Shown: piece after piece, positions 39,450 through 49,485 of the stretch
Layout of the letters: each line of letters starts with the position of its first letter
How positions within the stretch are numbered: position 1 is the first letter of the stretch
Source: Fidelibacterota bacterium
Lineage (GTDB): Bacteria > Fidelibacterota > Marinisomatia > Marinisomatales > TCS55
Reading direction: 5' to 3'
DNA length: 64,000 nucleotides
NCBI GenBank assembly: GCA_002730315.1
Contig: PBZW01000065.1
Coordinates: 30 to 64,029, forward strand
Program-made: the position numbers and the translations under genes
The notes under the pieces: generated by a model
The model's input: the letters and a program-made list of their open reading frames with translations, nothing else
Told to the model about the DNA's origin: nothing
Databases searched by the model: none

Positions 39450-41057
39450 TTAGTCTTTAAACGTCCAGTAAATACCGAAGGATAAGAGCTGGCCCATGGG
39501 CGGAAATGAGGGATGATGCTGTATCAGAAAATTAGCTCCCTCTTTGTCAGGGAATATTTGTAGTACAAGGGGTTCCAATTCATGCAAAATATTGCGGATT
39601 GACCAGGTGATGGTCATGGAAGAAATGGTTATCGCAGCTTCTGCATTCAGCAGCCATATATCAGCCTGGTTTAAACTCGTCATGATAAATTCATATGGAT
39701 AACCGTCAATCGGATGAACAGACATTACCGTTTCTCTATTTAAAAGGCCATCACCCGATAAATTCATTTTTAAGGCAAAACGGTTGAATACATTTTCGTT
39801 ATCATACTGTAATTCAAACCTGGTAATAGTACCGATACCATCAAAAATCAGTGAGCCACCATCCCTGCTGAAATAACTTCCTGAAAGGGAAAAATGGTCA
39901 AATAATTGTGTTTTAGCCAAAATCCCAGTCTGCAATGTCAAATATTTTCTATCATCATAGAGCATTGATGAATAGTCTGCGGTCAACGCAATAAATGAAG
40001 ATTTGAAATCACTTTTTAATTTTACGTGAGCCAGAGAATGATGAACAATGTCATCGCCGAGAACAGCAAAGTCAAAATGATGGGGCTTTGAATATTTTTC
40101 AAAAGCTGTTTGCATGGCCACCCTCCCCCATGATTTCGAAAAATCGACAGCTACAAAATCTGCAACCTGATTACTGATCATCGTTAAACCTAAGGTTGTT
40201 CTAATACCAAGTAGTTCAATATCTCCGTACAAAGTGTGCCAGCTTATGTTTCTTAATGTTGAATCATTCTTGCTAGTGGATTGCGTATTCATATCCAAAC
40301 CAAGAAGAGGATTCAAATTTCCTATGGTTAACCCGCTTATTTGGTTATGCCAGCGCATGCGGTTTAAGTATTGGTTTTTTGAATTTGAATACCAAGAAAC
40401 ATCCACTTGGCGCCACTGTTGGAACATGGCAAGGTGAGATGTCCATTGCAATGTCTCTTCAGGAGATCTGGTAATAAAGCCGGCTGACAATATTTCATCT
40501 TCATGCAAGCCGTTAACAACACCTGAATCCGGCAATCCGGATTCCGTAACCAAACGAGCAGCGGCAGCCTCAACGAGCCACCCTTTATTTTCAGATCTAT
40601 AATCCACCCTATAGGACTGCTGCATGGGTGAGGCTGACCCCCCGGGATGAAAGAATTGACCCTCCCTGCCGGCATAACTCCGTTTAAACCCGTGTAAGCC
40701 AATGTATCTTCCAGGTGTTTCTACGTCAATAATAATTGCCAGTTTATCATAATTATAATCACCCTTTTCGTAATCCAGGGTAGTCAATATCCTATTGGTA
40801 TCCAAAAATGTGTAATTAGAAGTTGGTATCAGGTGAGCACTCCCTAACTGAAAATGCTTATATACACTTTTTCCGTAACGCTGTGGATAATGAGTGTAAG
40901 TGCCGTCAAATAATAAAGGTCCGGATGTCCAATTTGAATTCCAAAACAACCGCCCGTTTATGGACGATATACCATACTGCCCGCTCCAGTCGTAAGGCAG
41001 ATTCACTGTTTGTCCAAGGAGGAACGAAAAACATAGAATGAAATATAAATTTCTCAT
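39450..41057 (-). CDS. Putative outer-membrane beta-barrel (putative porin, TBDR-barrel-like without plug)
   Basis: Signal peptide, amphipathic strands, and C-terminus LLSFGIYWTFKD. Confidence 0.55.
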   Translation of the reverse strand: MRNLYFILCFSFLLGQTVNLPYDWSGQYGISSINGRLFWNSNWTSGPLLFDGTYTHYPQRYGKSVYKHFQLGSAHLIPTSNYTFLDTNRILTTLDYEKGDYNYDKLAIIIDVETPGRYIGLHGFKRSYAGREGQFFHPGGSASPMQQSYRVDYRSENKGWLVEAAAARLVTESGLPDSGVVNGLHEDEILSAGFITRSPEETLQWTSHLAMFQQWRQVDVSWYSNSKNQYLNRMRWHNQISGLTIGNLNPLLGLDMNTQSTSKNDSTLRNISWHTLYGDIELLGIRTTLGLTMISNQVADFVAVDFSKSWGRVAMQTAFEKYSKPHHFDFAVLGDDIVHHSLAHVKLKSDFKSSFIALTADYSSMLYDDRKYLTLQTGILAKTQLFDHFSLSGSYFSRDGGSLIFDGIGTITRFELQYDNENVFNRFALKMNLSGDGLLNRETVMSVHPIDGYPYEFIMTSLNQADIWLLNAEAAITISSMTITWSIRNILHELEPLVLQIFPDKEGANFLIQHHPSFPPMGQLLSFGIYWTFKD

Positions 41058-41578
41058 TTGGCAAGGAATTTTGTTATTCTTGGTACACCTATGGCAAAAA
41101 TAACGCCATTGGCAACCTGGTGCAAAAGTGTAAAGCCAATCCCGGAAATGTAGAGGCCAATGGTCCTTGAAAGGTCAAACCCGGCACTTAAAGGATAGCT
41201 TAACGTGGTGAGTGAATCGAAAATAAACGTCAGCGCAAAACCAGTAAATCCAATTGCGATAACTTTTTGTTTTGAATATTCCCTGATCATAAATACCCCA
41301 TGGAACAACCCCCCGGCAAACCCAATTCCGGCCATACCGATTACCTGGGCAAAAAATAAGGGTGGAAAGCTCAACCCAGAACCCAGGGGATTTAACCCGG
41401 AAAAGATCATTTCGGCTGTGCCGCCAACGATCAATCCCCAAACTGGCCCTAAATAAAGCCCTGCTGTAAAAATGATGACTGTAATGAGTTCAACGTTGGG
41501 GATCATGAGCAGCGAGAATCCTGCTCCAATGGCCAGGGCGGCAAATATCGACGCCCGTACCAATTTATTCAGATTCAT
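41054..41578 (-). CDS. ECF transporter S component (CbrT-like)
   Basis: IPNVEL motif, GLYLGPVWG, about 6 TMs and LHQVAN. ATG at 41578 overlaps the yhaM stop. Confidence 0.75.
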   Translation of the reverse strand: MNLNKLVRASIFAALAIGAGFSLLMIPNVELITVIIFTAGLYLGPVWGLIVGGTAEMIFSGLNPLGSGLSFPPLFFAQVIGMAGIGFAGGLFHGVFMIREYSKQKVIAIGFTGFALTFIFDSLTTLSYPLSAGFDLSRTIGLYISGIGFTLLHQVANGVIFAIGVPRITKFLAK

Positions 41579-42530
41579 CCATTCCCTTGTATAGGGCCGT
41601 GCGGAAAATATTCTTCCTGTCAGTCCATTTGCCATCCTGCTGATCTTCTTCCAATGCCAGTTTCATCAGGTTCATTTTGGCATCCAGGTTATCGATCAAA
41701 TGGACTAGCAATGCTTCTTGAAAACTTGGCTGTTTGGGGCTTTGCCATTCATAGCGCCCCTGGTGGGATAAAATAATATGCTCCAGTTTCTGTTGGAGTT
41801 CTTCCGGAAAACCCTTGATTCCTGCAATAGTTTCCCGCACCATATCCCTGCCGATAACGATATGGCCGATGAAATTGCCGTCATCGGAGTATTCAGCTTC
41901 AAGGTCCGGGGATATTTCAATGAGTTTACCGATGTCATGGAGAAAGACTCCGGCAATAACCAGGTCCTTATCTAGTTTATAAAATGTCGCCAGTTTTTCA
42001 GCTATTTTAGCCATGGATAAAACATGCTCCAGGAAGCCCGAGCGATAATTGTGATGCATCATTACAGATGCCGGGTGAATCAAAAGTTGATCTTTATTTT
42101 CATGGTATATGGTTGAAACCACTTTTTTCAGGTAGGGGTTCTTCATCTTTTCAATAACCTGCACCACTTCCCTCCACATCTTTTTGGGATCATAAGGTGA
42201 CGCAGGGACAATCAATGCAGGGTCATAGCCATAGCGTCCATAATGCTGAACAGATGCAGTGTTAATCTTCTTGATGACCAATTGCGGGCGGTCCTGGAAT
42301 GTTTCCACGTTACCCTTCACCGCTACAGGATCACCAGCAGAAAATTTGTCATTCAATTCATCCACCTTGTCCCAGACCTTGGCATGAACCGTGCCGGAAT
42401 TGTCTCTCAATACCACATCAAGGTATAAATCGCCGGCACGGGTGTGGCGCAGGTGTTTTTCTACACAAAGGTAAAATCCCTGTATGGTTGCGCCTTCTTT
42501 GAATGACGATATTTGGGTAATGGACTTCAT
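41565..42530 (-). CDS. yhaM: 3'-5' exoribonuclease YhaM-like (OB-fold plus HD domain)
   Basis: OB-fold, then PAS..MHH...GFLEH, LHDIGK, GHI, SHQG and DNLDAK motifs. Confidence 0.88.
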   Translation of the reverse strand: MKSITQISSFKEGATIQGFYLCVEKHLRHTRAGDLYLDVVLRDNSGTVHAKVWDKVDELNDKFSAGDPVAVKGNVETFQDRPQLVIKKINTASVQHYGRYGYDPALIVPASPYDPKKMWREVVQVIEKMKNPYLKKVVSTIYHENKDQLLIHPASVMMHHNYRSGFLEHVLSMAKIAEKLATFYKLDKDLVIAGVFLHDIGKLIEISPDLEAEYSDDGNFIGHIVIGRDMVRETIAGIKGFPEELQQKLEHIILSHQGRYEWQSPKQPSFQEALLVHLIDNLDAKMNLMKLALEEDQQDGKWTDRKNIFRTALYKGMDESE

Positions 42531-42577
42531 AGATTAAATCATCCTAAACATGTGTGAAAATAAGTAAACTTCCATAT

Positions 42578-43057
42578 ATGAAAGTTACACTGGATACTGT
42601 CTCTTATTCCAACGCCCATGAAAGAAAAATGCTGAAGGCCTGTCTGCGCAACTGGTTCAGCAACCCCCGGGACTTGCAGTTTACCGATCCGCGGATGCCC
42701 TACCCTTTTGATTTTCGTAAGTGGTGCGCGTTATCTTATCAAGAAGAAAATATTAAAACATTTGTCATTAATGAAGAAGGCTGGGTGGTGGCTTATTTGA
42801 GTGTAAAAATCATTCCAGAAAATAAACAGGCTCATTTCTTCCACTTATTCGTGGATAAAAATCATCGCCGCTGGGGATTGGCAAAAAAGCTTCTGGACCA
42901 CGCAATCAATTATGCAGAAGATTTTAACGTGAATTTTATAACCCTCAATGTTGTTCCTAAAAATGAAAGGGCAATCGCTGTGTATAAAACAGCAGGCTTT
43001 ATTGAAGATGGTGTTACTGCCCGGGGCAGTATAAAAATGAAAAAAGGGCTTGGTTGA
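42578..43057 (+). CDS. GNAT family acetyltransferase
   Basis: LFVDKNHRRWGLAKKLL and N.RAI..YK..GF motifs. Confidence 0.85.
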   Translation: MKVTLDTVSYSNAHERKMLKACLRNWFSNPRDLQFTDPRMPYPFDFRKWCALSYQEENIKTFVINEEGWVVAYLSVKIIPENKQAHFFHLFVDKNHRRWGLAKKLLDHAINYAEDFNVNFITLNVVPKNERAIAVYKTAGFIEDGVTARGSIKMKKGLG

Positions 43058-43101
43058 ATGAATGCATGAACGATTGGATGAACAATCAGCCAATCATTCA
43101 A

Positions 43102-43263
43102 TCACATTTCTGATTCTTTCTGTTTTTTAATCACTTCAGGAACGTCGCAATTGTCACACTTGGGGTCGATATCACCCTGCTGCCAATTCTTCCTGAAGCG
43201 TTGAATCGTATAAACCATAGCGGACAATAGTATAATCAGTGCTATGATCGTTTGCAAATCCAT
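43102..43263 (-). CDS. FeoB-associated small Cys-containing membrane protein
   Basis: Not in the ORF track. Manual translation MDLQTIIALIILLSAMVYTIQRFRKNWQQGDIDPKCDNCDVPEVIKKQKESEM* (53 aa); starts 1 nt after the feoB stop. Confidence 0.75.
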   Translation of the reverse strand: MDLQTIIALIILLSAMVYTIQRFRKNWQQGDIDPKCDNCDVPEVIKKQKESEM

Positions 43264-43264
43264 A

Positions 43265-45409
43265 TCAGCCAAAACCTAAGGCTAATCCGCCCTGGTACAC
43301 AATGAAAGAAGCTCCATAAGCAAGCCCGTTCATATAAACTATCATAAATAACGGCCACTTCCAGGAATTAGTCTCATTGCGGACAATGGCAAACGTAGCC
43401 ATACACTGGGCCGCAAACACAAAGAAAACCATCAATGAAAGCGCTACCAGGGGCGTATATAAAGGCAATCCCGTTTTGGGGTTAAGGTCAGACTTCATGG
43501 CATCCTTCAGTTGCACAACATCATCCACATCGGATTGTACATTGTAAATCGTTGCCATGGTGCTGACCAACACTTCCCTGGCGGCAAAGGATGTAATTAA
43601 ACCAATACCCAATTTCCAGTCAAATCCCAAGGGCTCAATAAGCGGTTCAATGGTATGTCCAATTTTCCCGGCGTAACTGGTACGGATTGGATTTTCATTT
43701 ACTACCACTTCTTCTACTTTGGGAAATGATGCCAAAAACCATAAAACGATGGAAATAGCCAGAATAATTTTGCCGGCATTGACAACAAATAATTTTCCGC
43801 GGTTAAACACCTGGTGTAAAACTGACCGCCACAGTGGTGTCCTGTAAGGCGGCAGTTCCATGACAAACGAAGACTTACTCTCCACTTTGATAAATATGCT
43901 GAATATTTTTGCCAGGATAAATGCTGTTGCCGTACCCAGAAAATACATGGCAACCAACGTCAAGCCTTGTAGATTCAGAAAACCAAAAACCTGAACAGCA
44001 GGAATGAAGGCGACGATCATTAATGCGTATACTGGCAAACGGGCACTGCAGCTCATAAGGGGCAGAATCAAAATGGTGATTAATCTTTCTTTCCAGCTGT
44101 CGAGGGTGCGTGTAGACATGATGCCGGGAATCGCACAGGCATAACCGCTCATCAAGGGCAGAACTGAACGACCGTGGAGTCCTATCCTGGTCATAAAGCG
44201 GTCCATCATAAACGCCACCCGGGCCATATAACCCGTATCCTCCAGGATGGTCATAAAAAACATGAGGATCAAAATTTGCGGGAGGAAAATGAGGATTGCG
44301 CCCACACCGGCAATAACACCTTCCACAAGCAGGTCCCTGAGCATACCGGCAGACAGCAATTGCAACACCTGGTTCCCAATCCAGCCGACACCGCGGTCAA
44401 TCCAATCCATAGGCACCGTAGCCCAGGTAAAAATGGATTGAAAAATAAAATAGAGTAATAGTACAAAAATGGCAGGGCCGGCCCATTTATGGGTTAAAAT
44501 TTTATCCACTTTTTCACTGTAGCTCATTTCCGTAAGCTTGGCGTCAATATGGACCCTGTCTGTTGTAAGTACACTGTCCAGCCATTCATACCTTAAGGTT
44601 GCTTCCATGATCCTGTGTTTAATGCCTACATCTTCCAACGCCTCTACCGCCGCCTGGCGATTTTCCCGCAGTGTACGCATAAAAGATTCATCCTTTGCCA
44701 TTCCATTAGCAGACAAATCATTATAAATCTCTAATGTGGATTTCCGGGTGACCAACCGCAAAGCCTGGGCATTGGCCAATCGCTCATTGTAGTTTAAATG
44801 CTCTACAAACATTTCTTTCAAAGGATACAAAGCTTTGGCAATATCATCATTAAGAAAAATGGGGAATGAATTTTCCGCTGTTTCCCCAGCTATCGATTTT
44901 TGCAAAGCATCCAGTAATTCTTTTTGACCCCATTTTTCCGTGGCTGACATGGGTACAATCGCGGCAATACCCAAATCGGTGGCCAGTGTTTCAAGATTAA
45001 TACTGAATTCATCTTTTACCATATCCATCATGTTCAACGCCACTACAACGGGAATACCCAGGTCTGCCAATTGTGTTGTGAGGTATAAATTGCGGCTCAA
45101 GTTGGTCGCGTCCACCACGGAGATGATGGTGTTGGGCGGTTCATGACCGTGTATCCAATGCAATACTTGTTCAGTAACAATTCGTTCATCCATGGATTCG
45201 GGAGTGAGGCTGTAGGTTCCAGGTAAGTCCAGGAGGTTGAATTGGTTACCATCATTAAAATGTGCCGTTCCGATTTTCTTTTCCACGGTAACACCGGGGT
45301 AATTGGATACTTTTTGGTTTAGCCCGGTCAACAGGTTAAAAATGGCCGTTTTGCCGCTGTTAGGATTGCCCACCAGAGCGACCCATGATTTTTGGGTATT
45401 TATTTTCAT
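43265..45409 (-). CDS. feoB: Ferrous iron transporter B
   Basis: GNPNSGKT, NYPGVTVE, DLPGTYSL, NMMD, EDTGYMAR, PLMSCSARLPVY and AAREV motifs. Confidence 0.97.
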   Translation of the reverse strand: MKINTQKSWVALVGNPNSGKTAIFNLLTGLNQKVSNYPGVTVEKKIGTAHFNDGNQFNLLDLPGTYSLTPESMDERIVTEQVLHWIHGHEPPNTIISVVDATNLSRNLYLTTQLADLGIPVVVALNMMDMVKDEFSINLETLATDLGIAAIVPMSATEKWGQKELLDALQKSIAGETAENSFPIFLNDDIAKALYPLKEMFVEHLNYNERLANAQALRLVTRKSTLEIYNDLSANGMAKDESFMRTLRENRQAAVEALEDVGIKHRIMEATLRYEWLDSVLTTDRVHIDAKLTEMSYSEKVDKILTHKWAGPAIFVLLLYFIFQSIFTWATVPMDWIDRGVGWIGNQVLQLLSAGMLRDLLVEGVIAGVGAILIFLPQILILMFFMTILEDTGYMARVAFMMDRFMTRIGLHGRSVLPLMSGYACAIPGIMSTRTLDSWKERLITILILPLMSCSARLPVYALMIVAFIPAVQVFGFLNLQGLTLVAMYFLGTATAFILAKIFSIFIKVESKSSFVMELPPYRTPLWRSVLHQVFNRGKLFVVNAGKIILAISIVLWFLASFPKVEEVVVNENPIRTSYAGKIGHTIEPLIEPLGFDWKLGIGLITSFAAREVLVSTMATIYNVQSDVDDVVQLKDAMKSDLNPKTGLPLYTPLVALSLMVFFVFAAQCMATFAIVRNETNSWKWPLFMIVYMNGLAYGASFIVYQGGLALGFG

Positions 45410-45642
45410 TGCTGAATCAGGATATTACACGCATCGTCCTGCCGGAGAGATACATGATAACCCCGAACTTTCAATTCGATAGGACCATTCATGGGTGCTG
45501 TTTTGATGCGGCGAATTTTTATACCGGGCAGTATTCCCATTTCTACGAGACGGGATTGGAGTTCCATTTCGCCGGTAAATGCCTGCACTGTAGCACATTC
45601 ACCATCTTTTAAATCAAATAGGGTCACTGGCAATTTTTGCAA
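45406..45642 (-). CDS. feoA: Ferrous iron transport protein A
   Basis: RLVEMGILPG, APMNGPI and VRGYHVSLR motifs. The true start is probably GTG at 45627. Confidence 0.93.
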   Translation of the reverse strand: MQKLPVTLFDLKDGECATVQAFTGEMELQSRLVEMGILPGIKIRRIKTAPMNGPIELKVRGYHVSLRQDDACNILIQQ

Positions 45643-46049
45643 AGCCCGAATAATTGATGTATATGGCGTACTAGTTTAAAGCCATACTCTTGCGTTACCT
45701 TATCCTGCAAATCTTCAATTTGATCTACCATGAATTCTTCTATACGGCCGCATTGAATACAAATGATATGGTCATGGTGATAGGTATCTATTTTGTGTTC
45801 AAATTTGCTGGGGCCTGTACCTACATCCAGTTTGCGGACCATATTATTTTTTACAAGTACATCAATCGTACGGTAGACAGTTGCCCTGGAAACTGAAACA
45901 CCTTTTTTACGAATGGCCATATATATTTCATCAGCATCGCGGTGGTCATCACTGGAAATGATCTCCCGCCACACAGCTTCTCTTTGAGTGGTGAAACGTA
46001 ACCCCTCATGATGGAGAATTTTCTTTAACCTATTAAGACCTTTAGACAT
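45624..46049 (-). CDS. fur: Fur family transcriptional regulator
   Basis: TTQR, VSRATVYRT, HHDHIICIQCG and GLCKNC motifs; heads the feoAB operon. Confidence 0.92.
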   Translation of the reverse strand: MSKGLNRLKKILHHEGLRFTTQREAVWREIISSDDHRDADEIYMAIRKKGVSVSRATVYRTIDVLVKNNMVRKLDVGTGPSKFEHKIDTYHHDHIICIQCGRIEEFMVDQIEDLQDKVTQEYGFKLVRHIHQLFGLCKNCQ

Positions 46050-46061
46050 AATTATTCCTTA

Positions 46062-46078
46062 TTGAGATTGAGTCTCAA
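46062..46078. promoter_or_regulatory. Candidate Fur box
   Basis: Near-perfect inverted repeat TTGAGATT-G-AGTCTCAA, 12 nt upstream of the fur start. Confidence 0.6.
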
Positions 46079-46141
46079 AGAAATTAAAAACAAATTTATA
46101 ATCTTGAAAGAAAATTATAATTGGGAATTATATTGGGAAGC

Positions 46142-48310
46142 TTAGTAGACTTTTTTCAGCTTGGCGAACTTGACGATCAGTTTCTTCTTCAAACCGTCTT
46201 TAAAGACCACACCTACACGCTGGTTTTCCCCGGAACCGCTTAAGGCCATGATTTTTCCGATACCAAAAATGGCATGTTCGACCATATCACCAACACGAAA
46301 ATCATCAAAAACAGTCACCGTACGCTTAACCTCCATTTTGGCATGTCCACGGTCAGACCCGATTACCTTGCGTGTCATGGCCGATGAAAAATTGATATTC
46401 TCCAGATGGTCTTCTGGAATTTCGCGCACAAAACGGGATACCAGTCCATAATACTGTTCAACACCCGCGCGGCGGCGATTACTGGCATAAAGGAGAAAAA
46501 CATTCTGCTTAGCCCGTGTTAAACCAACATAAAAAAGACGCCGTTCTTCCTCCAGTTCCTGTTTATCCTGGAGGGAATTGTACAGTGGAAATAAACCATC
46601 TTCCAGGCCAGTGAGAAACACAACGGGAAATTCCAGTCCCTTTGCTGAATGAACGGTCATCAGCGTTACCCTGTTTTCCTGGTCGTTCCAGTGATCGATA
46701 CCAGTGAGTAATGATACCTCTTCAAGGAAATCGGTCAGCATCGCTTCAGGGTTCCGGGCCATGAATTCATCAACACTATTTAATATTTCATTAATATTGT
46801 TCATGCGTTCCATGTCTTCCAGTGTGTCCTGTTTCTTATAATGCTTCAGGATTCCTATTTCATCTACCAGAGTTCGCACCAGTTCGCCAGCATTCAGCTT
46901 ATCCAGCAAATCATGGTATTTGCTGATGATTTCATGAAAAGTATGCAATTCATCCGCCTGCTTGCCGCGTATATTCATTTTGGAAGGGTCAGCCAAAACA
47001 TCGAATAGTTCTTTTTTGGATTTTTTAGCTTCCTGGACACATTTATCCACTGTTTTCAGGCCAATGCCCCGGGGTGGAAAATTGACTACACGGCGCAAAG
47101 CAATAGTATCCCGTTTATTGACAATCAATTGCAAGTAAGCCAGCAGATCCTTGACTTCCTTGCGCTCGTAAAAACGGATACCGCCAATAATTTTATAGGG
47201 AATACCATTCCGGCGCAGGCTGTCTTCCAGTGCTCTTGACTGGACATTGGTACGGTACAGCACTGCAAAATCGCTGAACGTGCGCTTATTCATTTTGATC
47301 TCTTTTTCCAGAACACTGATCAGGGCATCGGCTTCTTCCATTTCATCGTTGGTTTCCAGAAGCCCCAATTTATCGCCAGCACCATTCATGGCTTTTAAAT
47401 TTTTCAGGGCACGGTCTTCGTTATTATTTACTACGGCACTAGCAGCATTAAGAATTTGCTGGGTGGAACGATAATTTTGCTCCAGTTTAAATATTTCACA
47501 GCCGGGGAAGGATTTTTCAAAATTCAGGATATTGCGAATATCTGCTCCCCGCCAGCCGTAAATGGACTGATCGTCATCACCAACGACACAAATTTGGTTA
47601 TGATTACTGGCAATCGCGTTTATAAATAAAAACTGCGGTCGGTTCGTATCCTGGTATTCATCTACGAGGACATACTTCCATTTTTCCTGGTATTTTTGCA
47701 GTACTTTTGGAAATTTCTCAAACAATTCCAGTGGAAACAGCAAAAGATCATCAAAATCAAGGGCATTGTTTTTCTGCAGGGCAGTTTGGTAATGCTTATA
47801 AATATCACAGATTGTTTTCTCTAAAATAGTCCGGGCTGATCGTGTGGCGTCTTGAGCACTCAATAATTTATTTTTATAATAACTGATTCGATTACTGACC
47901 GTTCTGGGATCCACAAACGTCCGGGAAACATTTATTTCATCCATCACCAACCGTATTAATGCCACCTGGTTCTGGACATCATAAATGACAAAATCTTTGG
48001 AAAAACCAAGCCGGTGGATTTCTTGCCTTAGCAAACGTGAACAGATAGAGTGAAATGTACCAATATTGAGGGGTACATTTTTATTTCTGATCAAGGCCAA
48101 CACACGCTTTGACATTTCTTCCGCTGCCTTATTTGTAAATGTAACAGCTAATATTTCTTCTGGCTTGAAATATTTCTGTTGAATCAAATGTGCAATTTTA
48201 TGAGTCAATACACGTGTTTTACCGCTTCCGGCACCAGCGAAGATCAACACTGGATTACCAACGGCCTGCACTGCTTTTTTCTGTACTTTATTTAATGTGT
48301 TATTTGCCAT
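46142..48310 (-). CDS. pcrA: ATP-dependent DNA helicase UvrD/PcrA
   Basis: AGAGSGKT, TFTNKAA, VDEYQDTN, QNYRST, HSAKGLEF and EEERRLFYVGLTRA motifs; C-terminal Tudor-like domain. Confidence 0.95.
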   Translation of the reverse strand: MANNTLNKVQKKAVQAVGNPVLIFAGAGSGKTRVLTHKIAHLIQQKYFKPEEILAVTFTNKAAEEMSKRVLALIRNKNVPLNIGTFHSICSRLLRQEIHRLGFSKDFVIYDVQNQVALIRLVMDEINVSRTFVDPRTVSNRISYYKNKLLSAQDATRSARTILEKTICDIYKHYQTALQKNNALDFDDLLLFPLELFEKFPKVLQKYQEKWKYVLVDEYQDTNRPQFLFINAIASNHNQICVVGDDDQSIYGWRGADIRNILNFEKSFPGCEIFKLEQNYRSTQQILNAASAVVNNNEDRALKNLKAMNGAGDKLGLLETNDEMEEADALISVLEKEIKMNKRTFSDFAVLYRTNVQSRALEDSLRRNGIPYKIIGGIRFYERKEVKDLLAYLQLIVNKRDTIALRRVVNFPPRGIGLKTVDKCVQEAKKSKKELFDVLADPSKMNIRGKQADELHTFHEIISKYHDLLDKLNAGELVRTLVDEIGILKHYKKQDTLEDMERMNNINEILNSVDEFMARNPEAMLTDFLEEVSLLTGIDHWNDQENRVTLMTVHSAKGLEFPVVFLTGLEDGLFPLYNSLQDKQELEEERRLFYVGLTRAKQNVFLLYASNRRRAGVEQYYGLVSRFVREIPEDHLENINFSSAMTRKVIGSDRGHAKMEVKRTVTVFDDFRVGDMVEHAIFGIGKIMALSGSGENQRVGVVFKDGLKKKLIVKFAKLKKVY

Positions 48311-48314
48311 TTAT

Positions 48315-49367
48315 TTACGAATTTGCTTTTTCTATTTTCCGTTGCCGGTGATTTTTTCTGCGAACTTTTTGAAATTTCCGTTTCGCCTGCTCATGCTCTT
48401 GCTCCGTTTTAGTAAACGTATGATAGCCGTCTCCACGAGCGACAAAAAACAGAAAATCATTTTTTAAAGGGTACAATGCTGCCAAAATTGACTCTTTTCC
48501 AGGATTATTGATTGGCCCCGGTGGCAGCCCCTTATTTAAATAAGTATTGTATGGCGATTCAATCTTTAAATCCTTTTTCAAAAGCCTGCGTGGACTATCT
48601 TCGATTATATATTGAATCGTGGGATCAGCTTGTAGTTTCATCCCTTTCAGCAGGCGGTTATGATAGACTCCCGATATTACCGGTCGCTCGGTATCATAAA
48701 GCGCTTCTCCTTCAATGATTGAAGCCAAAGTGACCACTTCCTTCATTGTTAATCCTAACTCATTCGCCCGCAGACGCATAGTATCAGTCACACAATAATG
48801 ATATTCCTTGACCATAGTTTCAAGTATGTCCTCCGGATCTTGATCTTCCAGGAAGTAATAGGTATCCGGAAAAAGGAAACCTTCAAAAGAATCATGGTCA
48901 ACATTCCATTTTTTCAATAAGCTCCTGTCTTCACACAGTTTCCTAAAATCATTTGCATCCACATTCAATAACCGTTCCAATTCTTCCGCGATCTGGTCAA
49001 TGGTCCATCCTTCATAGATCGTCAATCGTTTCAGATTTGGATCACCATGGACCAACTGATCAATGATCTCGAAATTGGTTTGGGCGTCTTCCAATGAATA
49101 TGAACCAGCAGGCAATTTTCTTTCATGCCCCAATGTCCAAACTGCTATCTTGAACGCACGTTCATTGGAAATGATATTTTGTTTCTTCAAAATATCGCTA
49201 ACGTCTGCTATCGTCGATCCTTTCGGTATTCGGACCTTGATCAATGTATATGGATTTCCCTGGGGCCAATTGATGATCAACAGAAAAAAAGCCAGCACAC
49301 TGAACAGGATCACTCCAAGTACCACACCAACCAGTCGTTTCCCCGGATTAAAGTACTGTAATGCCAT
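48315..49367 (-). CDS. mltG: Endolytic transglycosylase MltG
   Basis: EGFLFPDTY, LASIIEGE, NRL..GMKLQADPT and SPYNTY...GLPPGPI motifs. Confidence 0.95.
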   Translation of the reverse strand: MALQYFNPGKRLVGVVLGVILFSVLAFFLLIINWPQGNPYTLIKVRIPKGSTIADVSDILKKQNIISNERAFKIAVWTLGHERKLPAGSYSLEDAQTNFEIIDQLVHGDPNLKRLTIYEGWTIDQIAEELERLLNVDANDFRKLCEDRSLLKKWNVDHDSFEGFLFPDTYYFLEDQDPEDILETMVKEYHYCVTDTMRLRANELGLTMKEVVTLASIIEGEALYDTERPVISGVYHNRLLKGMKLQADPTIQYIIEDSPRRLLKKDLKIESPYNTYLNKGLPPGPINNPGKESILAALYPLKNDFLFFVARGDGYHTFTKTEQEHEQAKRKFQKVRRKNHRQRKIEKANS

Positions 49368-49485
49368 GATTTTTGGGGTGCAAATTTAGGGACTCTTATT
49401 AACACGAGTCAATTTCCTGTTTATATATTAATTAAAAAGTTTCCCTTTGGTCATGGGAAAAGGGTGCTTTAATTTCCTCGTCGCT

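Noticed and set aside
43055-43105. TGAATGA/TCATTCA-type short repeats between the GNAT gene and the feo operon
   Set aside because: A single degenerate hairpin between convergent genes, most simply a terminator-like spacer.
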